A stretch of DNA of 63,953 bases from a virus (IMGVR_UViG_3300037337_000110:1-63953), one strand, 5' to 3'; positions 48,762-59,334 are shown, counted from the stretch's first letter. Notes: a model not told the origin generated them from the letters alone. Numbers and translations: made by a program.

Positions 48762-49619
48762 ATGAAAATGAACCACTCAGCTAAACCCACCCTTGACATA
48801 CCCACCGAGCCTCCACGGGTCGCACCCGCCAAGCTCAATTTCTACCCCTTCGCCTTGAATGAGCGCGTCACCTGGACGCCACCAGCGGGTGTTCACACCA
48901 ACGACCTGATCCCGATTGGCGCCGAGGTTCGGTGGTGGTGCAGCGGCCGTAACTCCAATTTTGTGGGGCTCGTGAAGACCCTTTGCGTAGATGATCTCGG
49001 TTGGGGCACAAGTTTTGCGTTTGAAGGTGACGCGCTGCTCTTGGACCCCGCTCTTCACATTTGCGCCTTCGCAGTGGTCAAGCTGCCACCGGGTTGGGTG
49101 GCAGCAGGTCAAGTCGTGCCCTTTGAATCGAGCGAAAGTTCCAAATTCCCAATTAAGGGCAACGCTGACGAGTACCGAGGCAGACTCTGGATTGCCGGGG
49201 GTTCGGGTGAATCGTCGTTTCACGAAGATGGCGAGTACCTTGGTTATTCAGATTGGAGCAAGTCTAAGTCAAACTTCAATTCCATCGTTCAATTCTGCAT
49301 CACCAAGCGAAACAACTTCGAGCGCGCAACAGGCAGCAAAAGTTACGGCTACTGCAACGTGCCAAGTTTGACTTCAGTCGCTGAAAAAGCAAAGCTCACC
49401 GACTGGTTCTCTGACTTGATAAAGCCCGCTAGAAGTGGCGTGTATGAAATATGCCGCGACGGTGTGATGACCTACGCCTTTTTTGAAGAGGAAGACACTC
49501 GAAGTTGGGGAGGCGGCTGGAAAGCTGTGGCGTCAACGCCTGATTTGGCACTTTCACTGAACATGATCGGGCGCGTTCTCGGCGAATTCAGATGGCGTGG
49601 GCTTGCTGAGAAGCCGTAA
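48762..49619 (+). CDS. hypothetical Trp-rich protein
   Basis: C-terminal LTDWF...KP.R.GVYE...WRGLAE.P module. Confidence 0.6.
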   Translation: MKMNHSAKPTLDIPTEPPRVAPAKLNFYPFALNERVTWTPPAGVHTNDLIPIGAEVRWWCSGRNSNFVGLVKTLCVDDLGWGTSFAFEGDALLLDPALHICAFAVVKLPPGWVAAGQVVPFESSESSKFPIKGNADEYRGRLWIAGGSGESSFHEDGEYLGYSDWSKSKSNFNSIVQFCITKRNNFERATGSKSYGYCNVPSLTSVAEKAKLTDWFSDLIKPARSGVYEICRDGVMTYAFFEEEDTRSWGGGWKAVASTPDLALSLNMIGRVLGEFRWRGLAEKP

Positions 49620-49640
49620 GTAACTGGTGACAATTCACCC

Positions 49641-50258
49641 ATGACAACACCACCGACCCTAACCAAGCGACGCATCATCGCGGGCCTTGATCTCGAAACC
49701 ACGGGCTTGAACCAAGCCGACGGGCACCGGGTCATTGAGGTCGCTCTGATTCTCTACGACCTGGACACCCAGACACGCATCGGCCAATTCACCAGTCGAG
49801 TGAACCCACAGCGGCCCATCGACCCGGCTGCGCAAGAGGTTCACGGAATCTCTTTCGACGACCTGGCGGGCGAGCCCCTGTGGGACGTGGTCGCCCCCAA
49901 GGTAGCCACACTGCTGGGAAATTGCATGTACGTGGTGGCGCACAACGGTGAGGGCTTTGACATGCCGTTCTTGTACGGCGAGCTACTGCGCGCCGGCCGC
50001 GCGCTGCCCGCTGTGGGTCTGATCGACACCATGTTGCAGGCGCGTTGGGCAACCGCTGACGGCGCGCTACCAAGTCTGAAGGCGTTGTGCTTCGCATGCG
50101 GCGTGCCCTACGACGCCACGAAGGCACACGCCGCGCTCTTTGACACTGACGTAATGATGCAGTCTTTCTTCCCCCAGCTCGCCACCGGTTTCTTCAAACT
50201 CCCTGGCTCGCCCTATCAATTTGTCCCCCAGAAGTCAAAAGTAAAGGTCGCCAAGTGA
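49641..50258 (+). CDS. dnaQ: DEDDh 3'-5' exonuclease (Pol III epsilon-like)
   Basis: DLETTGL, EVHGI, AHN..FD, DT, AH.ALFD. Confidence 0.92.
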   Translation: MTTPPTLTKRRIIAGLDLETTGLNQADGHRVIEVALILYDLDTQTRIGQFTSRVNPQRPIDPAAQEVHGISFDDLAGEPLWDVVAPKVATLLGNCMYVVAHNGEGFDMPFLYGELLRAGRALPAVGLIDTMLQARWATADGALPSLKALCFACGVPYDATKAHAALFDTDVMMQSFFPQLATGFFKLPGSPYQFVPQKSKVKVAK

Positions 50259-50382
50259 TCACATCAAAAGCCGAAAAAGATGCCCCATTCTCAAGTGCTG
50301 ACATCTATCGTCTTGTCGCAGCGGGCTTTTTGCTGGGCTTGACTTTGGGTATTCTCGTAACTTCACTTCTGGAAACTCTCTA

Positions 50383-50808
50383 ATGTCCGTCAATAACAAA
50401 TATGTCTACGTCGTAAACCTCGCGCTGGCGAAAAGCTCATGGTCGCCCGAGGCGTACCAGCTGGTTGAATTCCCTAACGTCAATTATGCCAACTCGTTGT
50501 TCGTCGGCTTGCTGACGCCGTTAGTCACGCTGCCGTCTCGTTTGTATCGCGAGGTAATTCGTCTGGCGCTCAACCGTCATCTTGGTCTGGCGCTTGTCAG
50601 TCTGTTTATTCGCATCCCATTCACCAGCCTGTGCTGGGTGTGGTGGGGCATTCGCGGTCGTGCGTTCGGCGTGCAAATGCCGCTAGGCATCATCGTGCAG
50701 TCTAAGTTCTTGACACCCTTCGAGTGCGCCGCAGACCTTGCAAGCGGCGAGAGCGATGTGATCAAGCTGATACCGCGAAAAAGTCGTGCGCCGGTGCGCG
50801 ACATCTGA
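50383..50808 (+). CDS. hypothetical membrane protein
   Basis: hydrophobic central segments. Confidence 0.45.
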   Translation: MSVNNKYVYVVNLALAKSSWSPEAYQLVEFPNVNYANSLFVGLLTPLVTLPSRLYREVIRLALNRHLGLALVSLFIRIPFTSLCWVWWGIRGRAFGVQMPLGIIVQSKFLTPFECAADLASGESDVIKLIPRKSRAPVRDI

Positions 50809-51442
50809 ATTTTGCATACGGCTGCCCCCAAGTATGAATACGGCTGCGCCCAATCAGGAGAACCTCATGACATCTGAATCCAAGCCAACCATCCACTACG
50901 TCGGGGACGCTGCAATCGTGGCCGGCCGGGCGTTCCTGGTCAAGACGAAAAACACGATCTATGAGCCCGAGCCTGGTCGCCCTTGGTCATTGAGCGTGGC
51001 GGGGTAAGGTTATGTTGACAGCCGACAAGAACTACCCCGGGCGTTGACTGTGTCTCGGATGTCTGTGTCTTTCTTCAGCGTCTTTGGTAAATCGCCCTCC
51101 GAAGTGCCTGAACTGGGACTGCGAGTTTTACGAAAACTCGCAGCGTCCGAATCGCCCGCCTGACCATGTTGGTCGTCGCCTGAACTTCTCAGGTATTCGC
51201 ACACGCGCGCCCACGGGCGCGCTTTCAATTTAGCGAACGCAGCCGGGTTGATGAATCTACGTCCAAGCCGGGGTGATCACAATAAATTTATCGGGGAAAC
51301 AAAAAGAGCCCGATCAGTTGGGAAAAATAAATTCAAGCGTCATTAGCCGCGCCGAGATTCAGGTTTCACAATTGAATTTGTCGGGTTAATACCGACACCG
51401 ACACCGACAGTACCCACTTTTTTTTATTACGAGGTTTCTCAA

Positions 51443-52447
51443 ATGGCCCAATCCCTGAATACCAAATCTTTCCGCGCCGCCCAGGGCGTGACCATCAACC
51501 ACGCCGAGATGATCGAGGCACCAGACGACTTTGCCAGCTTGCTGGCCGAGTTGGGCGCTGCGCCTGACATGAATGAAGTGATCGAGGTGATTCGGGTGGC
51601 CGAAGTCGAGACTGCAACCAACGATGCCAGCGCGGTCGATGACAGCGACTTTGCCAGCTTGCTTGAACAGCTGGGTGCTGCTGACATCGTCGTCTTGCCT
51701 GTATTCAGCGCAAAGCCAGCGACCGACGACGAAGTGCTGGCAGCCGTGGTCAGTTCAGAGGCAACCGATGTGATGGTCGCTGCTGCCAGAAACGAGGTTG
51801 TGCTGGGCGACGCGGTGCCGACCAGCGGTGAGATCGCGGCCCCCAAGGTTGAGGCCAAGGGCAAGAAAGAGAAAGCTGAAAAGGTCGCGAAGACCCCGAA
51901 GACCCCGAAGACCCCGAAAGCCCCCAAAGAGCCGAAAGCCCCCAAGGCAGAGAAGACCCCGGCTGCGCCGCGCAAGCACTACAGCGACAAGGTCGAGCGC
52001 CTGACCGACCGCATGGGTGACAAGTTGGGCGAGTACACGGTGCTGACCGGCGCCGATGCTGATGTCGAAGATGACGCCGCACTCGCTGCTGTGACCGCTT
52101 CGACTATGAACATCATTCGGGCCATGAACAGCAAAGAGCAGAACCGCGCCACGGGCTTTCTGGAGTTCTTGTCGGGTCGCAAATCGAGCTTGAACAAGGT
52201 GCTGGGCCGGGTGCTGACTGTGCTGGAGCGTGACGGGGCGATCAGCACCGGCGTCGAGGGCAACGTCATCAAGGACTTGTTGAGCGCCCCCTACAGCTTG
52301 GCCAGCGCGCGTGCGATGTCAGGCAACACGATCGGCATGTTTGCAGACTTGAAGGTCATCACCTCGGACGGCAAGGGCAAGTTCATCGCCAACACCGACT
52401 CCCTGCTTCTGATGAAAGCTAAGTCGCTGATGACGGCAACCGCATAA
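51443..52447 (+). CDS. hypothetical protein with acidic N-terminus and histone-like KTP/KAP repeats
   Basis: GAGG SD; DDFASLL.EL duplicated; AAGACCCCG x3. Confidence 0.75.
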   Translation: MAQSLNTKSFRAAQGVTINHAEMIEAPDDFASLLAELGAAPDMNEVIEVIRVAEVETATNDASAVDDSDFASLLEQLGAADIVVLPVFSAKPATDDEVLAAVVSSEATDVMVAAARNEVVLGDAVPTSGEIAAPKVEAKGKKEKAEKVAKTPKTPKTPKAPKEPKAPKAEKTPAAPRKHYSDKVERLTDRMGDKLGEYTVLTGADADVEDDAALAAVTASTMNIIRAMNSKEQNRATGFLEFLSGRKSSLNKVLGRVLTVLERDGAISTGVEGNVIKDLLSAPYSLASARAMSGNTIGMFADLKVITSDGKGKFIANTDSLLLMKAKSLMTATA

Positions 52448-52505
52448 GCGCACCGCTCTCAAGGGCTGGCAGCCCCAGCCCTTTTCACACCCAACAGGAA
52501 GACAT

Positions 52506-52799
52506 ATGAACCTCGCACCACTGGCCGCAAGCATGGACAAAATGACGATCGAAGACCTGCGCGCCCTCAACCGGCTCACTGTCTCGAAGATTAACGAACG
52601 AAACGAGCAATCGGCGCGCGTCTCGATGGCAAAGTTCTACGTAGGCGATCTGGTGGACTTCACCAACAGTCGCGATGGCGGTGTCGTTCGTTTGCGCGTC
52701 GAGCGGCTCAACACCAAGACCCTCACCGGCAAGGAACTCGATGGCGCGCGCCGCGGGTGGCGCGTCTCACCCGGTCTTTGTCGCCTGGTTGGGGCCTGA
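52506..52799 (+). CDS. small SH3-like hypothetical protein
   Basis: F.VGD.V.F...V..LN.KT...WRVSP; AGGA SD. Confidence 0.65.
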   Translation: MNLAPLAASMDKMTIEDLRALNRLTVSKINERNEQSARVSMAKFYVGDLVDFTNSRDGGVVRLRVERLNTKTLTGKELDGARRGWRVSPGLCRLVGA

Positions 52800-53073
52800 T
52801 CTTCAACCCAGCACGCGGGCTTCGGCCCGCTTTGCTTTGCGCCCACCCAGCCAAGGCCCGCAGACGCGCCCCAGGCACGCGCGCTAGCCCGTGGGGTTGG
52901 TGACCCATGCCCGAGGTCACTCCGAGAGCTGCCTAGCAGCAGGCATGACCCGACCCCGGGCCGTCCAGGTGAGTGCGTTGACCCAGAAAGCGCGCACGCA
53001 GCCGAGAAGCGGGGCAGGGCGCCGAGAGTGGGGCGAGATCATTGACTTCTCGCAACAAACAGAGACCACCACC

Positions 53074-53322
53074 ATGCTGAAAATGAAGCCAGAACACATC
53101 GAGCGCATCAAGACTGCGATCACGCCACTTGACACCCCAGAGGTGCGCGCTCGGTACGCGGCCGCCGACCTGACAGACAAGCGCTACCGGTGGGATTTGC
53201 TCACCGTGGCGCTGGGCAGCGGCTGGATTTGCGACGAGCTTTATTGCTACATCGCCGACCCACACATTGACTCGGCCCTGCGTGCGCTGGTGCAGCCCCT
53301 GGATGCGTCGCAAGCCGCGTAA
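53074..53322 (+). CDS. hypothetical protein
   Basis: KRYRWD...LY.Y..D.HIDSALR. Confidence 0.65.
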   Translation: MLKMKPEHIERIKTAITPLDTPEVRARYAAADLTDKRYRWDLLTVALGSGWICDELYCYIADPHIDSALRALVQPLDASQAA

Positions 53323-53376
53323 GCATCCGAGACCTGAGCCCCAAAATCAAACCCTCAACAACAAACGAAAAAGCCC

Positions 53377-53670
53377 ATGAGTGAAGTTAAAACCCCGCAT
53401 GTTGCTGCGCCAGCTGTGCCCTATCGTCTGGTTGAAATGCCCGGTGCTGGCTCGACGCTGCTGCACACTGCCTTCGATCAAATCTGCGACCCCAACGACT
53501 GGAAGGCACCGATCGACGCGATGGTGCCGATCGAGCTGCTTGGCGTGTACCTGAAGGCGGTGCAGTTCATGACTGGCGAAAGCTGCACTGGTAAAGAGGT
53601 CACGCGCGAAGGCGTGAGGTATTACCGGCTGCGCTCTATCGGCTACCGGGCTGGTCGAGCTGGTCCTTGA
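53377..53670 (+). CDS. hypothetical protein
   Basis: DWKAPI...GY.AG. Confidence 0.65.
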   Translation: MSEVKTPHVAAPAVPYRLVEMPGAGSTLLHTAFDQICDPNDWKAPIDAMVPIELLGVYLKAVQFMTGESCTGKEVTREGVRYYRLRSIGYRAGRAGP

Positions 53671-53714
53671 GCGTCCCACTACAATAAGTCACCACTTACA
53701 CACAAGAGGATTTT

Positions 53715-54281
53715 ATGACCATGAGTACAAGGCCCTTCAAAACCCCCAGCCTTGTTAACCTTCGCGAGCTGTCTGAGCCGTATAAAAAGTCTACTGTCGG
53801 TCTCAGCGGGGCGCAAAAAATTGAGTTTGCCAATCTGTTGACCACGGAATTTGTGCGCAATAAGATTGGCGAAACAAAAGAAGAAGATGTTCAAAGGCCA
53901 CGCTTTGACTACTTTCTGAACCGCGCCGGCACAGTGAAAATGAAGGCGATGCTGGACAGTCGCCACCGCAGGTGGGAGACGAAGCAAGCTGAAAAGAAAA
54001 GAGCTCTCGCGGCTGTGGTTCTTCCCCCGCAAGTCAAGCTCCATTCGTTCAATACCGTCGGCATCGCCTTCAAAGAAGTCGTCGTGAATTCTCAGATGCT
54101 GCCGAAACCGTTCACAGTGCCGACCATCGACACCGGTGAAGAGCTTGCACAAGACTACCGCGCACAGACCCTGATGATGAGGCGGCAAACCGCATTGCTC
54201 AACACGCAGGCTGAAGAGATGAAGTGCCTGAGCAAGATGGTCAAGGAGCTTTACACCGCACTCACTGGCGCGACGGCGTGA
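53715..54281 (+). CDS. hypothetical protein
   Basis: GAGGA SD. Confidence 0.6.
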   Translation: MTMSTRPFKTPSLVNLRELSEPYKKSTVGLSGAQKIEFANLLTTEFVRNKIGETKEEDVQRPRFDYFLNRAGTVKMKAMLDSRHRRWETKQAEKKRALAAVVLPPQVKLHSFNTVGIAFKEVVVNSQMLPKPFTVPTIDTGEELAQDYRAQTLMMRRQTALLNTQAEEMKCLSKMVKELYTALTGATA

Positions 54282-54296
54282 AGTAACCCAGGGTCA

Positions 54297-54626
54297 ATGA
54301 TGAAAAACAAATCACTGGCATCTCTTTTTACGGAGGTGAAAAAGATTTTGCCTCACTCTTACAGCGGCGAATTCAAAAAAGGAAAGGAGTCTATTTTCAT
54401 CTGCGTTTGCATCGAAGAAACCTCGGCTTCGCGATCCACAAAGAATCGGGCTGTCGCTCTGATCGAAAAACGTCTTGGTGGCTCTTTTACTTACGGGAAC
54501 TGGCTCCCCACGCAACTACGCGGCGGTTCTGATGCGGTCAATTTTGATCATCGAAACAACGACGGCAAGAAGGCCCAAGCTGGGCGTCATGCCTGGGTCG
54601 ACAGCTTGATTGCGGAGTTCAGCTGA
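54297..54626 (+). CDS. hypothetical protein
   Basis: FICVC...R.AWVD.LIAEF. Confidence 0.6.
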   Translation: MMKNKSLASLFTEVKKILPHSYSGEFKKGKESIFICVCIEETSASRSTKNRAVALIEKRLGGSFTYGNWLPTQLRGGSDAVNFDHRNNDGKKAQAGRHAWVDSLIAEFS

Positions 54627-54817
54627 TGGGCTACGGACCCGTCGGCAACGGCAAGCAGACCCCGATCACGCCCTGGGTTGGCTCATGGGCGCAGCGGGTC
54701 AACGAGCCGACCCCGCAGCGCATCAAAGACCACCACGCCGACCAACACGCGGCGACCCACACCCAGCGCACCATTCTGCCCGGGCGTGTGGACATTCGCG
54801 GCAGACCACTGGAGTAA
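54626..54817 (+). CDS. hypothetical protein
   Basis: TGATG coupling. Confidence 0.4.
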   Translation: MGYGPVGNGKQTPITPWVGSWAQRVNEPTPQRIKDHHADQHAATHTQRTILPGRVDIRGRPLE

Positions 54818-54820
54818 GAC

Positions 54821-55120
54821 ATGACGGTTCAAGCCAAGTTCGATGCCTACAACGCCGCGAACCCTCACGTCTACACCCTGTTCAAGCGATTTGCCTACGA
54901 GGCATTCGCAGCTGGGGCGACCAAGATTTCGTCCAAGCTAATCATCGAGCGCATTCGTTGGGAAACTGCCATTACCACCACCGGTGCGGGCTGGCATGTT
55001 GGGGCGGGTAAAAAGTTTCTGATCGACAACCGCTTCACGCCTTGGTACGCGCGAAAGTTCTGCAACGATTTCCCGCGCTTGGCTGCCCGTCTGGAGCTGA
55101 GAGAGATTCGCAAGCCCTAG
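54821..55120 (+). CDS. conserved phage hypothetical protein
   Basis: NPHVY..F...ERIRWE...N....YAR pattern; GGAG SD. Confidence 0.7.
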   Translation: MTVQAKFDAYNAANPHVYTLFKRFAYEAFAAGATKISSKLIIERIRWETAITTTGAGWHVGAGKKFLIDNRFTPWYARKFCNDFPRLAARLELREIRKP

Positions 55121-55173
55121 CCAACCGAGCCCGCTCACAATAAATCATCACTGAACCAACCAAGAAAGTCATC

Positions 55174-55674
55174 ATGGAAACACCCAATCCAATCACCAAA
55201 GAAGAAGGTATCGAGCGCATGCGCATGCTCTATGCCATGTTTACCGGCGTGCCAGAAGAGCGCACCGACCTGGACACCTACTTTGACCTGAAGATGCGCA
55301 GCCCCCGGTCCGTCAATCGAATGAGCAAGGAAAACTGGGCTCACCAGTGCGGCACAACAGCGTGTCTTGGCGGGTGGGCATCCCTGTACCCACCGTTTCA
55401 AGCAATGGGCCTGAATCCCGATTGCTTTTTTGAGCCATCTTATCGCGGGCTGTCGCGTTACGCGGCACTGGGGGCGTTCTTCGCATTGCCTGGATTCGAG
55501 ACCATTGGCATCTTCGCCACAAGAGCAGGAGTTGCCAGTGAATACACGCCAGAGTTGCGTAATCTGTCCGACAAAATGATTGCCCTGCGACGCATCAGGC
55601 TGCACCTTCTGAATAAGGGCGCGATTACCCAAGTCCGCAGCGACGAGCTGGCCGAAATGGAGGCATCGCAATGA
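55174..55674 (+). CDS. CGTxxCxxGW-motif protein (paralog A)
   Basis: HQCGTTACLGGW. Confidence 0.65.
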   Translation: METPNPITKEEGIERMRMLYAMFTGVPEERTDLDTYFDLKMRSPRSVNRMSKENWAHQCGTTACLGGWASLYPPFQAMGLNPDCFFEPSYRGLSRYAALGAFFALPGFETIGIFATRAGVASEYTPELRNLSDKMIALRRIRLHLLNKGAITQVRSDELAEMEASQ

Positions 55675-55819
55675 GCCAATTCACAGAAGAGCAACTGATC
55701 GAGCTGGAGCTGGTCTTCGGCTTGTTCAGAAAAGAAACGCTGCATGTGCGCGACGGCCTCCACATCTTCGGCATCCCGGCTGGCGATTTGATGGCGATGC
55801 AATACAGAAAGAAACGAGC

Positions 55820-56107
55820 ATGAACGAACCAATCAAAGCAGGCGACCTGGCCGTTGTCATCAGCGGTCAGCTTGGCGAGAAGAGCCCCAATATTGGCTTG
55901 ATCGTCAAGGTGGTTCGGTACATGGGCGACGAAAAGACTTACGGCCGCATTTGGCGCTGCGAGACCGATTATGCCGAACGGCTCATTTTGCATAAAGCAA
56001 CGGTGCCGACTGGCCACACTGACTTTGCTCAGTCTTGGCTGCGCAAGATCGAGCCCGACGCACCGCCACCACTTGCCAAGACAACAGACAAAGAACTGAC
56101 AGTCTGA
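55820..56107 (+). CDS. small SH3-like hypothetical protein
   Basis: IKAGDLA...NIGLIV.V...LRKI.P. Confidence 0.6.
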   Translation: MNEPIKAGDLAVVISGQLGEKSPNIGLIVKVVRYMGDEKTYGRIWRCETDYAERLILHKATVPTGHTDFAQSWLRKIEPDAPPPLAKTTDKELTV

Positions 56108-56187
56108 AACGCAGCCTGCTCGGGCATACCCACGCCTAAAACGCTAAGTCATCATTGAATTCTCGCAACAAGCAACCGAAAAATTCC

Positions 56188-56970
56188 ATGAAAATCACCC
56201 GTCACTACATTTACACCGAGAACGAAGAGACTGGCATGACCGGCTTCGTGCCCCTGTGGATTCCCCGCTCGGGCGGCTTTGACCCCAGCGGCTTTATCGG
56301 GATGATTCACGACGCGCTGGAGCACCGCCTGTGCGACACCGGCAAGCTGCACGAAGAGGCGATGGCATTCGGGCGCTTGATGGCGCTTCGGGGCGTCTAC
56401 TCGGGTCAAAAGATGAACGCGCGCGCGCTAGGCCAAGAGTTCGGCGGCGTGGTGCATACAGCCCTGAGTTCCGAGAGCTACCGTGGAGGTGAGTTGATGC
56501 CCAATGTTCGCATCAAGCCGATGGGGGAAGAACGGGTGCGATCGCGCTTTGCCGAGCTTGTCAGCAACTGTCGCGACATGCTGAATCGGGAGCTCGATAA
56601 CGATGGCTATGACGATGGCTTCAAACAGATGCCCGATGGCGAATTCTTCGGGCGCATGTTTCGCTGGCTCAATGTGGGCTACTACGACGCGCTGCGCCGC
56701 TACGGTGGCTACGACGGGTGCCGCCAAGTGGGTGACCTGTTCTTGCTGGCTGAGCGACACCGTCAAAAAGACGAATTCGACCTGCTGAGCAAAGAGGCAG
56801 AAGACGAAGCGAGAATGCAGGGCCTGGGTCTAATGTCCTCGCCCGTAATGAAGATGGTCTTCGACACCGCCAACACCTACATTAAAATGACTCTAATTGG
56901 ATCCAACGCTGAGCGCGGCAATCACCAAATGTGGCTCAGAAAACGAATCGCGCGCTGGGCCACGCAATAA
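56188..56970 (+). CDS. hypothetical protein (HD..EH...EE possible metal site)
   Basis: IHDALEH...EEAMAFG. Confidence 0.65.
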   Translation: MKITRHYIYTENEETGMTGFVPLWIPRSGGFDPSGFIGMIHDALEHRLCDTGKLHEEAMAFGRLMALRGVYSGQKMNARALGQEFGGVVHTALSSESYRGGELMPNVRIKPMGEERVRSRFAELVSNCRDMLNRELDNDGYDDGFKQMPDGEFFGRMFRWLNVGYYDALRRYGGYDGCRQVGDLFLLAERHRQKDEFDLLSKEAEDEARMQGLGLMSSPVMKMVFDTANTYIKMTLIGSNAERGNHQMWLRKRIARWATQ

Positions 56971-56996
56971 CGCTTTTTAACCCAAGGAGAACCTTT

Positions 56997-57251
56997 ATGA
57001 CCAGCATTGCCCTTGCCCTGATTTTGACCGTTGTTGGCATCGACACAAATGCAAGTTCGTTTACCGTGATCAACGTCCACACTGTGCGTCAGTTTCACAA
57101 AACCGAGGCAAGATGTCATGCTGAATTGGCGCGTTTGATGACCGATATGCCGCCCGGTGTGATGTGGGGAGGTTACAGGCCCCACTTCAACACGGATGAA
57201 ATGCACTTGTGCGTTCGTGGCAATCACACACCCTACAAACTGCCAAAGTAA
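56997..57251 (+). CDS. small protein with signal/TM N-terminus
   Basis: AAGGAG SD; followed by terminator near 57270-57295. Confidence 0.6.
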   Translation: MTSIALALILTVVGIDTNASSFTVINVHTVRQFHKTEARCHAELARLMTDMPPGVMWGGYRPHFNTDEMHLCVRGNHTPYKLPK

Positions 57252-57374
57252 GTCGCACGAATACAAGAGAGTCAGGCGCTGCCTGACTTTTTTTTGGACC
57301 CGTTTTTCTGAACCCAGCTCGCCGTAAATCACCGGTGACACTTGAATTCTCGCAACACAAACCGAAAAAACAGC

Positions 57375-57557
57375 ATGTTCTACATACAGCGCAAAGGCAA
57401 CAGTTACTTGGAAACCGTCGATGAATTCGACACTAAAGAAGAAGCACGCGCCATGCTTGCCGAGTACCGCACCTCGGACAAATCTGCCAATTACTACCTG
57501 TCCAGTCGAGCCACTCGCAATTGGCTCGTCACCCCAGCCCCTGCGAATACGCTGTGA
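57375..57557 (+). CDS. small hypothetical protein
   Basis: ETVDEF.T..EA..ML.EY. Confidence 0.65.
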   Translation: MFYIQRKGNSYLETVDEFDTKEEARAMLAEYRTSDKSANYYLSSRATRNWLVTPAPANTL

Positions 57558-57613
57558 GTGCCAACAGACCAGCCCAACACTTGAATTCTCGCAACACAAA
57601 CCGAAAGATCAAC

Positions 57614-57955
57614 ATGAAATGGATCATCACTGAGGACCACACCGAGAACGGCCCCGCGACCTGGTCCTGCATGGGTATGGCCGACAGCACAGAGCAAACC
57701 CGGGTCATTCGCGCCGAATCGAAGAAGAATCGCGTTGTCGCCGTCAGCGCCTACATCGAAGGGCACGACCTGCTCTACGAATTTCAGCTTTTCGACGACG
57801 ATGGCGATCTTTGTCTCACCGGGCGCTGCGGCGACATTACAGACTGCTCCGGTGACCTCGCGTTTGCGCCGTTAGATCAGATGGTGGGCTACACAGGCTG
57901 CACCGAGCTTCGCTACCGCAAGTTCGTCGCCACAAACGAATGGGAGGCCCTGTGA
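57614..57955 (+). CDS. hypothetical protein
   Basis: F.L.DDDG....G...F.PLD...GCT. Confidence 0.65.
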   Translation: MKWIITEDHTENGPATWSCMGMADSTEQTRVIRAESKKNRVVAVSAYIEGHDLLYEFQLFDDDGDLCLTGRCGDITDCSGDLAFAPLDQMVGYTGCTELRYRKFVATNEWEAL

Positions 57956-58200
57956 CGCGCGCGGCGATGCACATCGTGATTCTGCCGGCCAAAGATTATT
58001 ACAACAACAGGGGCGTCAGCGGCGTTGTGTTGCTGGCCAACGGTCAGCCGTACCACTACCCGGGTCACAGCGGCCGCCGCCAAGCTGAAGCTGCCCGAGA
58101 CCGAGTCGACGCCGCCATGAAGCTGTCCGAGACCGAGTCAACTCTGCCGCAACCCGCACCTGACACTTGAATTCTCGCAACACAAAACCGAAAGCAGACC

Positions 58201-58710
58201 ATGAAGGCCAACAGCAACGACACCATCGAATACACCGTAACGTCACTCAGCACACAGACCTACGCGCCGGCCGAGATCGTGACCCAGGCTCTAGCTTTTC
58301 TTGAAAGTCGGCTGCGCACGCCGGGTACACTGCTGTCTTCGCCCGATCTGGTGAAGAAGTACCTGGCGCTGCACAACGGTCAGTTCGAGGACCAGCACAT
58401 CGAGCGCTTTAGCGTGATGTGGCTCGACTCGCAGAACCGCCTGATCGCCGTCGACACTCTCTTCACCGGCACGCTCACCCAGACATCCGTCTATCCGCGC
58501 GAGGTGCTGCGCGCCGCACTCAAACACAATGCCAGCTCTGCGGTTCTGTGTCACAACCACCCCAGTGGGAGCGTGCAGCCGTCGCGTGCCGATGAGCACC
58601 TGACCCAGACCATCAAGGCGGCGCTAATCTTGATCGACGTTCGCACGCTCGACCACGTCATCACCAGTGGTTCCAAGACAGCAAGCATGGCGGAAATGGG
58701 TCTTGTCTGA
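58201..58710 (+). CDS. radC: RadC/JAB domain protein
   Basis: E.F...LD..NRLI, VYPREV, HNHPSG...PS.AD, LDH. Confidence 0.92.
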   Translation: MKANSNDTIEYTVTSLSTQTYAPAEIVTQALAFLESRLRTPGTLLSSPDLVKKYLALHNGQFEDQHIERFSVMWLDSQNRLIAVDTLFTGTLTQTSVYPREVLRAALKHNASSAVLCHNHPSGSVQPSRADEHLTQTIKAALILIDVRTLDHVITSGSKTASMAEMGLV

Positions 58711-59025
58711 GCCGTAAGTCACGGGTGACACTAAACCATTGAAACAACAGAAAGACGCCATGGGCACAGAAGCGCCGGTCGACACCGACAGGCCCCAATT
58801 TCTCAAGACCGGGTTCTGCCAAGAGCTGAACCTGCCCGAAATCACCGTGCGCCTGGGTGCGTGGGATGTGGGCTTCTACGTCGACCGGGCCAGCAGCACG
58901 GTTCACCAGGGCCTGCAGCGCTGTGCTCAAAACGATTCCACCTGGGGGACGCAAACGCTCCCGAGCCGCCAAGAGTTGCGCAGCATGCGCAATTTCGCCA
59001 ACCGTCACCTAAAGGAGAACCCGTA

Positions 59026-59250
59026 ATGCCCTATCCCTGCACCGATTGCATTCTCAACCACATGTGCGCAAGCGGCCCCCAGACGCGCCAAGAGCTTCGT
59101 CGCGAATGTCGCACCCAGGCGGTGCCCTACGACAACCTGATCTTTGCAGCCGCGGTGGATGAATTGCTCGCCACCGGGAAGATCGTAATCGAGAGCTCGG
59201 ACGATCGCGACACGCACTTTGATTTCCCCGCAGGCTATTACGGGGCGTGA
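59026..59250 (+). CDS. small winged-helix-like protein
   Basis: AAGGAG SD. Confidence 0.5.
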   Translation: MPYPCTDCILNHMCASGPQTRQELRRECRTQAVPYDNLIFAAAVDELLATGKIVIESSDDRDTHFDFPAGYYGA

Positions 59251-59334
59251 TTCAAGGCTGGGTTTTGCACAACCCAGCGCGCCAACAACCCACCCTGACA
59301 CTTGAATTCTCGCAACACCAAACCGAAAGCAACC

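Noticed and set aside
51012-51233. Selenoprotein
   Set aside because: No convincing SECIS-like hairpin right after the UGA and no redox-motif context
57270-57295. Extra operator copy (AGTCA...TGACT)
   Set aside because: Spacer is 9 rather than 4; it is the stem of an intrinsic terminator
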